From: Octopus bimaculoides
Lineage: Eukaryota
Length of the DNA stretch: 45,961 nt
Direction: 5' to 3'
Assembly: GCF_001194135.2 (NCBI RefSeq)
Contig: NC_068989.1
Span: forward strand, 6,828,492-6,874,452
The position numbers and the translations under genes are program-made. Within the stretch, counting starts at the first letter, position 1. Each line of letters begins with the position of its first letter. Under the pieces are notes generated by a model, which was given only the letters and a program-made list of their open reading frames with translations, made no database searches and was not told the origin of the DNA. Below are positions 35,189-45,961 of the stretch, in pieces.

Positions 35189-35504
35189 GAGTTCAATCCC
35201 ACTGCGTGGCACCTTGGGCACCGACGTGCACCTACTATAGCCTCGAGCCGACCAAAGCCTTGTGAGTGAATTTGGTAGACGGAAATTGAAAGAAGCCCGT
35301 CGTATACGCATATATATCTGTGCTGTGTGTGTGTGTATATGTTTGTGTGTCTGTTTATCTCCACAACCATCGCTTGACAACCGATGTTGGTGTGTTCAAG
35401 TGCCCGTAACTTAGCGGTTCGGTCTTAGGGGCCGATAGAATAAGTACTAGGTTTAAAAAGAATAAGTCCTGGGGTCTGTTCAATTAAAGGCGGTGCTCCA
35501 GCAT
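35189..35504 (+). mobile_element. SINE family B (5' end lost in gap, tail truncated)
   Basis: GTTCAATCCCACTGCGTGGCACCTTGGGC...CCGACCAAAGCCTTGTGAGTG...GAAAGAAGCCCGTCG...CCGATAGAATAAGTACTAGG...GGCGGTGCTCCAGCAT. Confidence 0.92.
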
Positions 35505-36251
35505 ACACACGCACGAACACACGCATGCACACATGTTCATAAGAGTAATTAGATATTTTGAAGTTTGGGGTAAATAAAATGAAATCGTTAAGAATCTTTC
35601 AAGCGAGGATTGACATCGGTCCAATGCTACCATTACTGTTCGGCGCCAATCAGTAAATGCGAATAGACTGATAATATATATAGTATCAACAGCTCATAAA
35701 CTGTAAGTTAAAAAATTATATACAAAATTTATTGTATGACACGGGGGCTGATTCGTTTAATTTTCGCTGCTTCACTTCATCAAGAGCTGGCGAAAATTAC
35801 CCGCGCCATATTAGCGTATCAGCCATAAAGGTATTAGTGTCTTTATCTGCTGCATGACATGAAAACCCTGAATCGAACAAAGAGTCTCTGAATGAGTAAG
35901 AATTGTATAACTATTACTTATATCCATAGATCTCGCCACATTTACGAACATAGAATGTAAATGTGTAGTTATAAATAACAGAAATGTTACTGTTTTATCA
36001 AATGTATGATGCAATATTCGCATAGATTTAGATAAGCTCCTACAGGGAGAGATATGAAATGATAACTGTGCACAACAATGTTTCGAAATTCATATATAGG
36101 TATGTGTGTGTGTATGTACGTATATGTACGTGTGTACGGCTATATGTGTGAGGATATTGGTGTGTGTATATATACATACGTATATACATATATATATGCA
36201 TATATGTATCTATCTACGTATATATCTAGCATCCTGAGTCTCTCTCTCTGC

Positions 36252-36298
<47 letters not shown>

Positions 36299-36351
36299 TG
36301 TCTGTGCATATATGCTTATATGAATCGATATAGACACACACACACACACGC

Positions 36352-36387
<36 letters not shown>

Positions 36388-37315
36388 TCACACTAACACA
36401 CGCACCTGTCTGTATATATGAATATATATATAATTGAATGTGTGTATGAGTGTGTGCTTGTGTCTGTGGTGTGTAAATGTCTATACCTTTCAAAATATGG
36501 CTGAATAGATAACACTGTTAACGATATTCACGATGTTACGATTTCATACGTGTAAATGGAAACATGATTAAAGTGATTGTTATAGAATTATGCTTATGCA
36601 CAGACGCACACACATTCACGAGAAACACACCCACACACGCACATACACATACACACACACACACACATATATTTCTAAATCTATATACACATACAGATAT
36701 TCACGCATGTATATGTACATATATATATATATANNNNNNNNNNNNNNNNNNNNNNNNNNNNNNNNNNNNNNNNNNNNNNNNNNNNNNNNNNNNNNNNNNN
36801 NNNNNNNNNNNNNNNNNNNNNNNNNNNNNNNNNNNNNNNNNNNNNNNNNNNNNNNNNNNNNNNNNNNNNNNNNNNNNNNNNNNNNNNNNNNNNNNNNNNN
36901 NNNNNNNNNNNNNNNNNNNNNNNNNNNNNNNNNNNNNNNNNNNNNNNNNNNNNNNNNNNNNNNNNNNNNNNNNNNNNNNNNNNNNNNNNNNNNNNNNNNN
37001 NNNNNNNNNNNNNNNNNNNNNNNNNNNNNNNNNNNNNNNNNNNNNNNNNNNNNNNNNNNNNNNNNNNNNNNNNNNNNNNNNNNNNNNNNNNNNNNNNNNN
37101 NNNNNNNNNNNNNNNNNNNNNNNNNNNNNNNNNNNNNNNNNNNNNNNNNNNNNNNNNNNNNNNNNNNNNNNNNNNNNNNNNNNNNNNNNNNNNNNNNNNN
37201 NNNNNNNNNNNNNNNNNNNNNNNNNNNNNNNNNNNNNNNNNNNNNNNNNNNNNNNNNNNNNNNNNNNNNNNNNNNNNNNNNNNNNNNNNNNNNNNNNNNN
37301 NNNNNNNNNNNNNNN

Positions 37316-37362
<47 letters not shown>

Positions 37363-38066
37363 GCATATATATCAATATATATGATACATACATACATACA
37401 TACATATATACGTATTTGCATAAATGCTTCAACATACACATTAAGGGAAGAAGAGAAAATAGATTGTGATGTAGTAAAGGAAACGGAAGGAGAAAAATGG
37501 GGAACAAACGTAATATTCAGGCATGCGCACTCACACATTCACGCGAGCACCCTTATGTCTGTAGTCACATTCATAAGCGCACACGTATATACGCACGCAT
37601 ATATATATATGTGTATAAACAAGCATGACTAAACATTAAATAAGAAATACAAGAAGAAATAAGAAAAGATAAAGCGAAACGATAAAATAGAAATGGACAG
37701 AGAAGATATTAGGTCATAAAAATGTCATGAAGTTATAAAGCAGACAACGACAATCAAATCGTGAGGTCAAGAACAAATGTGCTTGTTTCATAGTTTCGTG
37801 GATAGAGACAGCATACGAAATATCAATTGCTGTAACCATCTTAGCAATTTCGCAAACTAATTCTATTCTGTTCTACTCTGTTCTATTCCATTCCGTTCTA
37901 TTTTACTCCAATCTATTCCATTCACTTCAATTCTATCTTGAAATATTCTAAAACAAATATAGTCTAGACACAAATTATGCTAAAGCTGGCTTCTGTTGCA
38001 TTGCGTTGCTGTTCATGTTATTTTGTTCATGTTGTTGCTACTGCTGCTGCCGTTATTGTTGTTCTT

Positions 38067-38128
38067 GTTTGTTGTTGTTGTTGTTGTTGTTGTTGTAGTG
38101 GTGGGGGGTGCTGCTGCTGTTGTTGTTC
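38067..38128. repeat. (GTT)n/(GCT)n microsatellite
   Basis: Direct reading of the sequence. Confidence 0.85.
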
Positions 38129-38607
38129 TTGATCAGTTCCAGCATAATTTTGACAGAGCATATCTGTGATGAAATGTATTCCATCCACGTTCATCCTGTC
38201 TTTTCTTTTCAGATATAGCCTATCTACGACCCTATTGACAAACAGATACCTTTCCTCTTTTAAGAGTACTGGTTTTGATTTTAAAAAAGTCTGGTTGCTA
38301 TTTCTAGCGTGTAGGTAAAAGAGCCTTCAAAAGGGTGATCTCCACTCACGATAAACTGCGTTGTAAGCTGCATCTTATTTGAGAAATAGCTGTTAACTTT
38401 TCAAAGTTTCTGATGTTCACAACATAATCGTAATACTGTGTGGTACTAAGTTACAGTGTGACGAACAAAGTCATTGATAATTTTGTATTTTAATCTAAGA
38501 ATACAAGATAAGATACTTCAAAAAATATGAACCTACTTTTTAACTCATGATAGATGGAAGGGTTGCTTAATACTTTTTCCAAGAGGTAACAGATTGGGTG
38601 AAAAAGG

Positions 38608-38920
38608 GTGACTTTGCCTTTCATCCTTTCGGGGTCGATAAATTAAGTACCAGTTACGCACTGGGTTCGATGTAATCGACTTAATCCGTTTGTCTGTCCT
38701 TGTTTATACCCTCTATGTTTAGCCCCTTGTGGGCAATAAAGAAATAAGAAACGTTAGCACGCCGGGCGAAATGCTTAGCGGTATTTCGTCTGTCTTTACG
38801 TTCTGAGTTCAAATTCCGCCGAGGTCGACTTTATCTTTCATCCTTTCGGGATCGATAAATCAAGTACCAGTTGCGTACTGGAGTCAATCTAATCGACTGG
38901 CCCCTAGAATAGAAAAGAAT
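38608..38920 (+). mobile_element. Head-to-tail tandem dimer of SINE family A
   Basis: Unit 1 (5'-truncated, 38608-38746) GACTTTGCCTTTCATCCTTTCGGGGTCGATAAATTAAGTACCAG...AAAGAAATA runs straight into unit 2 (38747-38920) AGAAACGTTAGCACGCCGGGCGAAATGCTTAGCGG...AGTACCAG...AATCGACTGGCCCC. Confidence 0.9.
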
Positions 38921-40936
38921 ATTTGTTTTCTCCACCAAAATCCTTCATTTCCCACGTCTGTATGCTCAATCCTTTCTTATTGGCTGGAGGACACCTGATT
39001 AACTTTTTTCTTCTTTTTGTCTTTTTATACAAAGGAAAATAAACTCGATAGACTGCATTGCTTTTTAAACTGATCAATTCAGTGTATACGTAATTATCCA
39101 AAATGGTTTCGGATAATTGTATATACACAAATTAAAATGCTAACTATTTTACTTATTTTAATCTTTTCAACATTACAAAGTTATACAGTATTTTAGATAT
39201 AAAATACATTGCATTTATTTTTCGTTCCATTTTTGTTTTGTTCTTTACTATAGTTTTCGTAAATTGTCTTTCTTTGAAAGATGACTCACACCAATTTCTA
39301 AGATATCGCGTAGTAGTAATCGTTATTAAAGATGAAAGAAAAAGCAATTTCTCTTATCTATTGCTATGACAAACTTGTTCGACAAAATGGCGTTTGTTGC
39401 AAGCTACATCAGTATTTGAATAGATCTCCGTGTTGTCTCCAAATATATAGGTGAATTTACTAATAGCTGACTCCTTATTATATAAGCAGCCGATAAACGT
39501 TTTTGGTTCATTGAACCGGATTCATTAGATACAGTCTGTATAAAGTGGTTCTGTGAGCATTTATGTGCGGTGTATGTGACCGGAAAGAAGCCGACTTATT
39601 CGATTATGAAAAATACTGGAATACTAGAGGAGACATTTTGAACTGAAAGACAAGCAAACTCACAATGTAAAGAAGAGATACATAAAGTAGAGATCCGAGA
39701 TGGTTGAACCCACTTGAATTCGTCGAAAACCTATGGAGAAACCAGTCAGTCTGTTTCTTATTTCAATTTTATGAATTGATTGGAAGTGGGGCAGGAGGGA
39801 GGTGCAGTAACTTCTAAAATCTTTTTTTTTTTAATGCTCTCCATGACAGACGAAGTGGAATGGAAAAAATAAATGTGCATAATGTTCAATTTGAACAACA
39901 GTTTCAGCTTGAGTTGTTGAACGTTAGCGACTGGATGCAAAATATAAATGGAAAAGATTTAGAAGGATGATACAGTTGTAGTGAAACTAACTAGTGAGAG
40001 TTGTTTTCTTGTGAACCAGAAATCCTAAATAACGCATGGTTAGGCATCATAATCAATTTTGGAAGAACACTTACATAGAGAAATGCCAGTTGATATTAAA
40101 GAGGATTGTTTTGATTAAGTTATCTTAATGCATTCAGTATGTCATACTGTTGCTGCATACTCAACCATAAATTGGTTTTGGCATTTTACATTACTACCGT
40201 CTTTCTATAGAGAGAAAGGCTTACCGTATGGAGGCCATTTTAGTATTGAAGACTAAAACGAAAGTGGATAGTTGAAAGGGTGAAAGAACCGACAAAGATT
40301 TAATGGCCGAAGTCAACTTGAAGGCCACAAATATTATTCTTTAAATGTCTCCGCTGCACGGCAGGACGTTTTAAGGCAGGGGAATGATAACAGGGGGAAA
40401 AAAACTAGTAATCTTAAGAAAGGAAAAAGGTTGTAAATATTGCTTAGTGTAGAGAAAAATACGGATGAGAAAGGATAAAGGATCTGGGTATGGCGAAACA
40501 GAAGGTGTGAGAGGAAATATTGAGAGTGTGAAATAGAATAAGTAACTTAAAATGAGAACTATGATTTAGAGAGGAGACGAAATAATTTAATAAATGAGAA
40601 ATATATAGAATTAACAATAGCAGAATGACAAACAATGCGATAGATAAAGAATGATATAGATAACAAAGAAGAGAGAGAAAGAGAGAGGACGGCAGAAAGA
40701 AATAGAGACAGAGAGAATAACTGATAGAAATTACTAGCAGACAAATATATTCACAATTAATGCCGGAAAATAAAGACTGTCTTTTTCTTATTGGCATATC
40801 AATTACCCCATTCGAAGCGAAGATAATTTCAGTAACTTCAGAATATATTACGGTCGGCCTATAAAATATAATACCTTTATTTGTCAGTTTATGCCAATGT
40901 CCAGTGGCCACTCGGAGTCATTTCACTAATCTTACT

Positions 40937-41013
<77 letters not shown>

Positions 41014-41477
41014 TGTGTGTGTGTGTGTTTGTGTGTGTGTGCGTGTATTATGTATGTATGTATATGGTTCCGAGATACATCTCACGGCTGTTCTGATATT
41101 CATTATATGTCATGTCTCTGGTCTCTCTCGGGGCGTTTCGGATTTTTCAACATCAAGCCCATCTCCCCACTCGACCCAGCTGAGTTGATCACATCGCATC
41201 CTGCATCCCATTAGCAACAAATTACCGCTCTACACTTTTTTTACAAAGTTACCCAATGGCCTTCTATGTAACTTTAGTAACGAAATTTCTCTTTCTTTCT
41301 CCCTCTCTCTCTCTTTTTCTCTCTCTCTCTTTTTCTCTCTCTCTCTCTTCTCTTTCTTTTCACCCTCTCTCTCTCTTTCTCTCTCTCTTCTCTTTCTCTC
41401 CTCTCTCTTTCTCTCCCTCCCTCACTCTCCCCAACCTGAATCTGTTACCCTTCACCATGAATGATATGTGAGTCCAT

Positions 41478-41696
41478 AAGGCGGCGAGATGGCAGAAACG
41501 TTAGCACGCCGGGCGAAATGCTTAGTGGTATTTCGTCTATCTTTACGTTGTGAGTTCAAGTTCAACCGAGGTTGACTTTGCCTTTCATCCTTTCGGGGTC
41601 GATAAATTAAGTACCAGTTGTGTAGTGGGGTCGATCTAATCGACTGGCCCCTTCCCAAAAAACATTTCGGGCCTTGTGCCTAGAGTAGAAAAGGAT
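41478..41696 (+). mobile_element. SINE family A, full length
   Basis: AAGGCGGCGAGATGGCAGAAACGTTAGCACGCCGGGCGAAATGC...GAGTTCAAGTTC...GACTTTGCCTTTCATCCTTTCGGGGTCGATAAATTAAGTACCAG...TCGGGCCTTGTGCCTAGAGTAGAAAAGGAT. The central motif resembles the Meta/MESC-type SINE domain from memory. Confidence 0.92.
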
Positions 41697-41941
41697 ATAT
41701 GACTCCATAAATACGAGAGTTGTAGCAACGACGTATGTATACACAAACACACACGCGCGCACACAGACACGCACACATATGCATATGAGAAATTAAATAA
41801 GTGACAAAGGAACAAAAAATCATGTAATGAACTCCATTAGCTTGCAGCTGTTTGCGCTATAAAATCCAATGCAATCATAGCTGAGTGTTCGTGCTTCGTC
41901 AGAGCGGCAAACTATGTATGTGTGTGTGTGTGAGTGCGTGT

Positions 41942-42104
41942 GAAGGCGCATGGCTCAGTGGTCAGAGCGTCGAGCTTGCGATCGTGAGGTTGTGAGTTCG
42001 ATTCCTGGACCGAGCTGCGTGTTGTGTTCTTGAGCAAGACACTTTATTTCATGTTGCTCCAGTTAACTCAGCTGTAGAAATGAGTTGCGACATTACTGAT
42101 GCCA
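41942..42104 (+). mobile_element. SINE family D (OR-type, CORE-like) 5' part
   Basis: tRNA-like head GGCGCATGGCTCAGTGGTCAGAGCGTCGAGC...GTGAGTTCGATTCCTGGACC followed by non-tRNA TGTTGTGTTCTTGAGCAAGACACTTTATTTC...CTCAGCTGTAGAAATGAG. Confidence 0.88.
41951..42005 (+). promoter_or_regulatory. RNA polymerase III type-2 internal promoter (A and B boxes) within the SINE head
   Basis: A box TGGCTCAGTGG (41951-41961) and B box GAGTTCGATTCC (41994-42005) at tRNA-like spacing. Activity unknown. Confidence 0.6.
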
Positions 42105-42800
42105 TATATATNNNNNNNNNNNNNNNNNNNNNNNNNNNNNNNNNNNNNNNNNNNNNNTATATATATAATATTATTGTATTATGTCTATCCGTAATTTTCA
42201 GTCCTACTTGTTTTTTGTTGTTCTTTTCCTTTGTCTGTGTCTGTCCATCACCTCAGGGATATCCTCGATATCTCAGGTGTAATCGGACGGCGAACAGTTC
42301 CATGGAATTGGAATTTGTGAACTTTAAAAGCGCCGAAACAGAGCTTATCATTTCCTTTCCTATTAGAATACTTACATGTTTACTTGTTTTTCGTTTTTTT
42401 TTCTGTAATTCATTTCCACCTTCTATTCTCCCCTCCAACACATTGTAATTCTGCAAAACGCCCCTTGCAATATCTAGCTTAGGGTTGTAAGGTTTCTCGG
42501 TGTAACATCGATAATTGTAAGCGTTTTACATAAACTGCAGCGTTTTTTAAGTATACCCATCCAGTCGACAGATGGTGTCATTTTGCCAATTATAGATTGG
42601 AGCAATCAATGAAATAATTGTAGATGGCGGGCGGGGGAGGGGCTCTTTTTTACCTGTGGTCGCGTGAAATCTTAGTAGCGGTGTTATTAGGCATTTAAAG
42701 TAACTAACATTCTTCTGAAGAGCATTAAAATTCTCTGGCACTTAAGTTTGTCTAAGAAATGCAGTTTAATTAGGAACAGAAAACTTGTGGCTATTCAAGA

Positions 42801-42857
<57 letters not shown>

Positions 42858-43390
42858 NNNNNNNNNNNNNNNNNNNNNNNNNNNNNNNNNNNNNNNNNNN
42901 NNNNNNNNNNNNNNNNNNNNNNNNNNNNNNNNNNNNNNNNNNNNNNNNNNNNNNNNNNNNNNNNNNNNNNNNNNNNNNNNNNNNNNNNNNNNNNNNNNNN
43001 NNNNNNNNNNNNNNNNNNNNNNNNNNNNNNNNNNNNNNNNNNNNNNNNNNNNNNNNNNNNNNNNNNNNNNNNNNNNNNNNNNNNNNNNNNNNNNNNNNNN
43101 NNNNNNNNNNNNNNNNNNNNNNNNNNNNNNNNNNNNNNNNNNNNNNNNNNNNNNNNNNNNNNNNNNNNNNNNNNNNNNNNNNNNNNNNNNNNNNNNNNNN
43201 NNNNNNNNNNNNNNNNNNNNNNNNNNNNNNNNNNNNNNNNNNNNNNNNNNNNNNNNNNNNNNNNNNNNNNNNNNNNNNNNNNNNNNNNNNNNNNNNNNNN
43301 NNNNNNNNNNNNNNNNNNNNNNNNNNNNNNNNNNNNNNNNNNNNNNNNNNNNNNNNNNNNNNNNNNNNNNNNNNATATATATACATATAT

Positions 43391-43530
43391 ATACGACGGG
43401 CTTCTTCAGTTTCCATCTACCAAATCCACTCACAAGGCTTTGATCGACTCGAGGTTATAGTAAGAGACACTTGCCCAAGATGTCAGGCAGTAGGACTGAA
43501 CCGAGAACCATTGGGTCGAGAAGCAAACTT
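43391..43530 (-). mobile_element. SINE family B 5' half
   Basis: ATACGACGGGCTTCTTCAGTTTCCATCTACCAAATCCACTCACAAGGCTTTG...GACACTTGCCCAAG...GGACTGAACC. Confidence 0.9.
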
Positions 43531-45303
43531 AACGCTTAGACAAATATTCTAAGATAAATTTGCATACTTGCTGAGCCCTTTTCAATATTCCCACGGTGTA
43601 GAATCTCCTTAACATGTTAGGCTAATCTTGCATCCAGAGATTAAGACAATCTCCCGCTTCCATGAGACAGGTTTTAACACTGCGATTAACTTGTGCTAAG
43701 TCACATTCATGCAGATAACTGTGATTTGAGACAACAAACAACTGCTACCTCACTGAGTATTTTATGTAGCTAAACATCAGCAGCTTAGCGAATTCCCATC
43801 GGAACCAGGGAAGACAAATCTAAACTTCTCATCGATGGAAGAATTTAATATCTGGAGAAAGATGCTGATATTAGTCGTATGAGATATTCTATTTAATGCA
43901 TGCACAGGAATGGACTAAATGGAATAAAATCAGAGGCGATCAAGTTACATGTTAATGGTTGAGCGTATGCGACGCCGTTAATACCTAAGAAAGAGGATGT
44001 GTGCAGGTGTATTGTACATGTATTCATGTTTCCCCGGAATCTCGTCATCTCCATGTTCAACCTGATATGTGTGCGAACATATGCATATGTGTGTGTGTGT
44101 GTATATATATATANNNNNNNNNNNNNNNNNNNNNNNNNNNNNNNNNNNNNNNNNNNNNNNNNNNNNNNNNNNNNNNNNNNNNNNNNNNNNNNNNNNNNNN
44201 NNNNNNNNNNNNNNNNNNNNNNNNNNNNNNNNNNNNNNNNNNNNNNNNNNNNNNNNNNNNNNNNNNNNNNNNNNNNNNNNNNNNNNNNNNNNNNNNNNNN
44301 NNNNNNNNNNNNNNNNNNNNNNNNNNNNNNNNNNNNNNNNNNNNNNNNNNNNNNNNNNNNNNNNNNNNNNNNNNNNNNNNNNNNNNNNNNNNNNNNNNNN
44401 NNNNNNNNNNNNNNNNNNNNNNNNNNNNNNNNNNNNNNNNNNNNNNNNNNNNNNNNNNNNNNNNNNNNNNNNNNNNNNNNNNNNNNNNNNNNNNNNNNNN
44501 NNNNNNNNNNNNNNNNNNNNNNNNNNNNNNNNNNNNNNNNNNNNNNNNNNNNNNNNNNNNNNNNNNNNNNNNNNNNNNNNNNNNNNNNNNNNNNNNNNNN
44601 NNNNNNNNNNNNNNNNNNNNNNNNNNNNNNNNNNNNNNNNNNNNNNNNNNNNNNNNNNNNNNNNNNNNNNNNNNNNNNNNNNNNNNNNNNNNNNNNNNNN
44701 NNNNNNNNNNNNNNNNNNNNNNNNNNNNNNNNNNNNNNNNNNNNNNNNNNNNNNNNNNNNNNNNNNNNNNNNNNNNNNNNNNNNNNNNNNNNNNNNNNNN
44801 NNNNNNNNNNNNNNNNNNNNNNNNNNNNNNNNNNNNNNNNNNNNNNNNNNNNNNNNNNNNNNNNNNNNNNNNNNNNNNNNATATACATACGTACATATGT
44901 ATATATGTATATATATGTGTGTGTTTGTAGAAACAGATGAAAACAGAAGCAGCGGTAAGGATATATACTGTTAAGTTATTATTTGCTCACTGATGCTCAG
45001 GTGAAAGGCATGAACGAAACGTTAAATGCTTGAATGGAGATAATGTGCTAAATAGATGTACAGTAAAATATTCCTATGGAATGGATATGGTATTTCGATT
45101 ATCTTTACAGAAGCATAGACTGATAAATTAGTCGCAAATGTTTGATGAGAGACATCAATAATTTGGCCACAAGTTCTAATTGTCTTCTCTGGAGAATATT
45201 ACTGCCTAAATTATTAGCAACAGTTATTGATACCTCATCTGAAACCTATTGTGTCCCTGATCAATGTACGGCTGAATCCTCCGTTCATTTCTTCCTTTGT
45301 TCT

Positions 45304-45367
45304 TTCCTTCCTTCCTTCCTTCCTTCCTTCCTTCCTTTCGCCCTCTTCCTCTTCCTCTCTCTCTCTC

Positions 45368-45398
<31 letters not shown>
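45304..45398. repeat. (TTCC)n/(CT)n polypyrimidine tract
   Basis: Direct reading of the sequence. Confidence 0.9.
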
Positions 45399-45403
<5 letters not shown>

Positions 45404-45961
45404 CCCCCCTTATCTACACGCAGACGTGCTTGCATACATGGCGCAAGGCTATGCGTATCATATACACATCTATCTGTCTGTCTGTCAGTCTTATGCTCAT
45501 GCAAATATATCGACATCGGAAGCCAAATGTATATTTATATAAATACTTCAAACAAACGCACACATACACACTATATATGTGTGTGTATGTATATAATATA
45601 TATATATATATATATACGTACACACACAGATCCACATGCGTACACGCACACATCCACATACGTGTGGGTGTGTAAGTGTGCGTCTATGTAAGTGTGACAT
45701 GAAATGGCATGAGTGAAACTAAGCAATATAGACTGTGGCATAAAGTTATATAGTAAATAGGTGGCTACACATGCAGAGAGTCGGAGGAAATAAGATAGTT
45801 AGATAATTAAGCATATGGAACGTATCGATGGATGGGAGAAAAGAAGTGAGCAATGGACGTTCATAGAGCCAAATTGAAAAAGTGCTTAATAGAGAAATAT
45901 GCAATTGAGTATATAGATCACTTGGTCAGTCTAGCTCTGTCTCTACAAATGCAGATGACAA

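Larger units (their letters stand above)
1708..44880. other. Sixteen assembly gaps (~4.3 kb of N)
   Basis: N runs at 1708-1814, 4007-4577, 8447-8460, 9096-9105, 11199-11208, 14211-14545, 16391-17160, 20475-20546, 23209-23256, 26433-26442, 28489-28801, 35030-35188, 36734-37315, 42112-42157, 42858-43374 and 44114-44880. Each abuts a microsatellite on at least one side. Confidence 0.97.

Noticed and set aside
40444-40911. 155-aa minus-strand ORF
   Set aside because: Mostly the complement of a purine-rich low-complexity tract; no domain-like features.
41945-42015. tRNA gene look-alike (also heads at 33600-33680 and 28325-28424)
   Set aside because: The acceptor stem does not close and the sequence continues into SINE body found in multiple copies, so these are SINE heads rather than tRNA genes.
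42242-42288. Imperfect hairpin around GATATC-CTC-GATATC
   Set aside because: 3-nt loop, several bulges and built on a palindromic hexamer; weak support.

Overview
Repeat-dense, AT-rich eukaryotic non-coding DNA, almost certainly from an Octopus genome. The SINE families, extreme microsatellite load and microsatellite-flanked N gaps resemble an O. bimaculoides-type short-read assembly; this is my recognition, not a database result. I can support no host protein-coding exon, true tRNA/rRNA gene or CRISPR array. Every long ORF in the supplied track comes from (TA)n/(CA)n/(GA)n/(GATA)n tracts or N gaps (16 gaps, about 4.3 kb). Supported content: (1) many copies of four tRNA-headed SINE families, labelled A-D here; (2) decayed autonomous elements: an RTE LINE 3' end, an R4/Dong-like LINE 3' end on a (TAA)n tract, two homologous Tc1/mariner transposase relics and a mariner-type MITE; (3) structured elements. 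The most interesting structures are a ~400 bp imperfect palindrome (3182-3587) with an 8-nt loop and three different minimal hammerhead-ribozyme-like motifs of the Penelope-like element (PLE) type, one of them mirrored in both palindrome arms. All three share the layout hammerhead, polyA-signal-like hexamer, (TA)n. All carry core deviations, so catalytic activity is not claimed. I found no convincing wholly new system; the palindrome/hammerhead set is the best lead.
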